From Hypanus sabinus (lineage: Eukaryota), in the NCBI RefSeq assembly GCF_030144855.1, contig NC_082730.1:13206001-13270000 (forward strand): a stretch of DNA of 64,000 bases. The letters are read 5' to 3'. The position numbers and the translations under genes were made by a program. Every line of letters begins with the position of its first letter. The first letter of the stretch is position 1. A model generated the notes under the pieces. The model did no database searches. It saw only the letters and a list, made by a program, of their open reading frames with translations, and had not been told where the DNA came from. This document shows positions 63,138 through 64,000 of this stretch, piece by piece.

Positions 63138-63982
63138 TGTAATGCTCTAGTTAAGATTTCTACTGCTACGCTGAGCGGAATTTATTTTAGCAGTGTTTCG
63201 TAAGAGCAGTGTGTGCCACTGGTAAGAGCATTTTAGCTTCAGCTACAGGCAAGGAACCATATTTTCCAAGATAGGAATGTAGTGTCAGCCAATCAGGACT
63301 GTGGGGTGTAAAGAAGGTTCTGGGGAGCTGTGTGGGAAGAGATTTTTGAAAGACAGTCGTCTGTTTTGGGGTCCTTTCGGGCTGGAGCTGCGGAGTGGGT
63401 CAGGAGGGAAGATGCTGCAAAGTGCCTTTGGATGGAGAGTCCCCTTTGCAAGAAATGCTTTGTGCAGATGAATAGCTGGAAGAAGGAAGGGCCAATACTC
63501 CTGAGAGGTTCGGTTTGTTTGAACTGCCTTTGAGGGAAATTCGGACAGTGGCAAATGGTTTCATACAGACCATGGTTCGAGCACGTGAGGAAAGCAATAC
63601 ACCCCCTGACTACCACTGAAATGAGCTCCAGCATTTATGTGCACATTGGACTGGTTTAACTGTAACGGGCCCTTTAATTTATCTTAGCAGATTTCTGTAA
63701 CTATAAATCTGGTAAATGTACTTTCTTTATAATTTCATGCTGGTGTACGATCTGTTAGTTCTGGGCTACCGATAATTGTGTATGGGAAGTACTTACACAG
63801 CATTCGCTGAAATTGAGGTTTCTTTCATTGGGACATTGCAACATTCCTGTTTGGTTGAATCATACTGACCTGAGAGGTATTTTGCTTATGAAAGTCAGCC
63901 TCCTCACCAATGAGTCACCTGGCTGTTAGCAGAGTTAGAAAAAGAGCCAAGTTGGTGCACAAGCCCCAGAGAGAGGGTTACA
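63138..63982 (+). mobile_element. Gypsy 3' LTR, duplicate copy (element ~60955-63982)
   Basis: tgtaatgctctag...gggttaca after a polypurine tract. The protease DTG motif of this copy has lost 11 nt (ggttctcaaat) relative to copy 1. Confidence 0.78.
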
Positions 63983-64000
63983 TACAGACTTGCCTTGTTA

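Larger units (their letters stand above)
45337..64000. repeat. Tandem segmental duplication, unit 2 (truncated by the window end)
   Basis: Near-identical copy of 16494-35145; many ORF-track entries are duplicated verbatim. Confidence 0.93.

Overview
Eukaryotic, repeat-rich vertebrate genomic DNA. The repeat landscape (CR1 and Rex1/Babar LINEs, Penelope GIY-YIG elements, tRNA-SINEs, Gypsy remnants, a Tc1 element) suggests a cartilaginous fish, probably a ray; this is an inference. Most ORFs in the supplied track are transposon debris. On the minus strand I can splice together by hand an intact 7-exon, 347-aa receptor gene (gene 1, 25271->4474): leader, two CD300/pIgR-type Ig V domains, stalk, TM and a cytoplasmic tail with two ITIMs. 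A ~28.85-kb tandem duplication (unit starts ~16494; second copy starts ~45337 and runs past the window end) carries a second copy of the leader, D1, D2 and stalk exons (gene 2, 54119->46343). It does not carry gene 1's TM or ITIM exons. Instead an unrelated TM-like exon with an apparent 1-nt frameshift lies at 37913. Long stretches of the two units differ by only a few substitutions per kb by eye. In contrast, the D1 exon has 22 nt differences giving 15 aa changes, concentrated in the FG (CDR3-like) loop. The locus looks like a paired or chimeric immune-receptor system in the making. An uncollapsed-haplotype assembly artefact cannot be excluded from sequence alone. Exon coordinates were derived from splice sites and phases; transposon boundaries are approximate.
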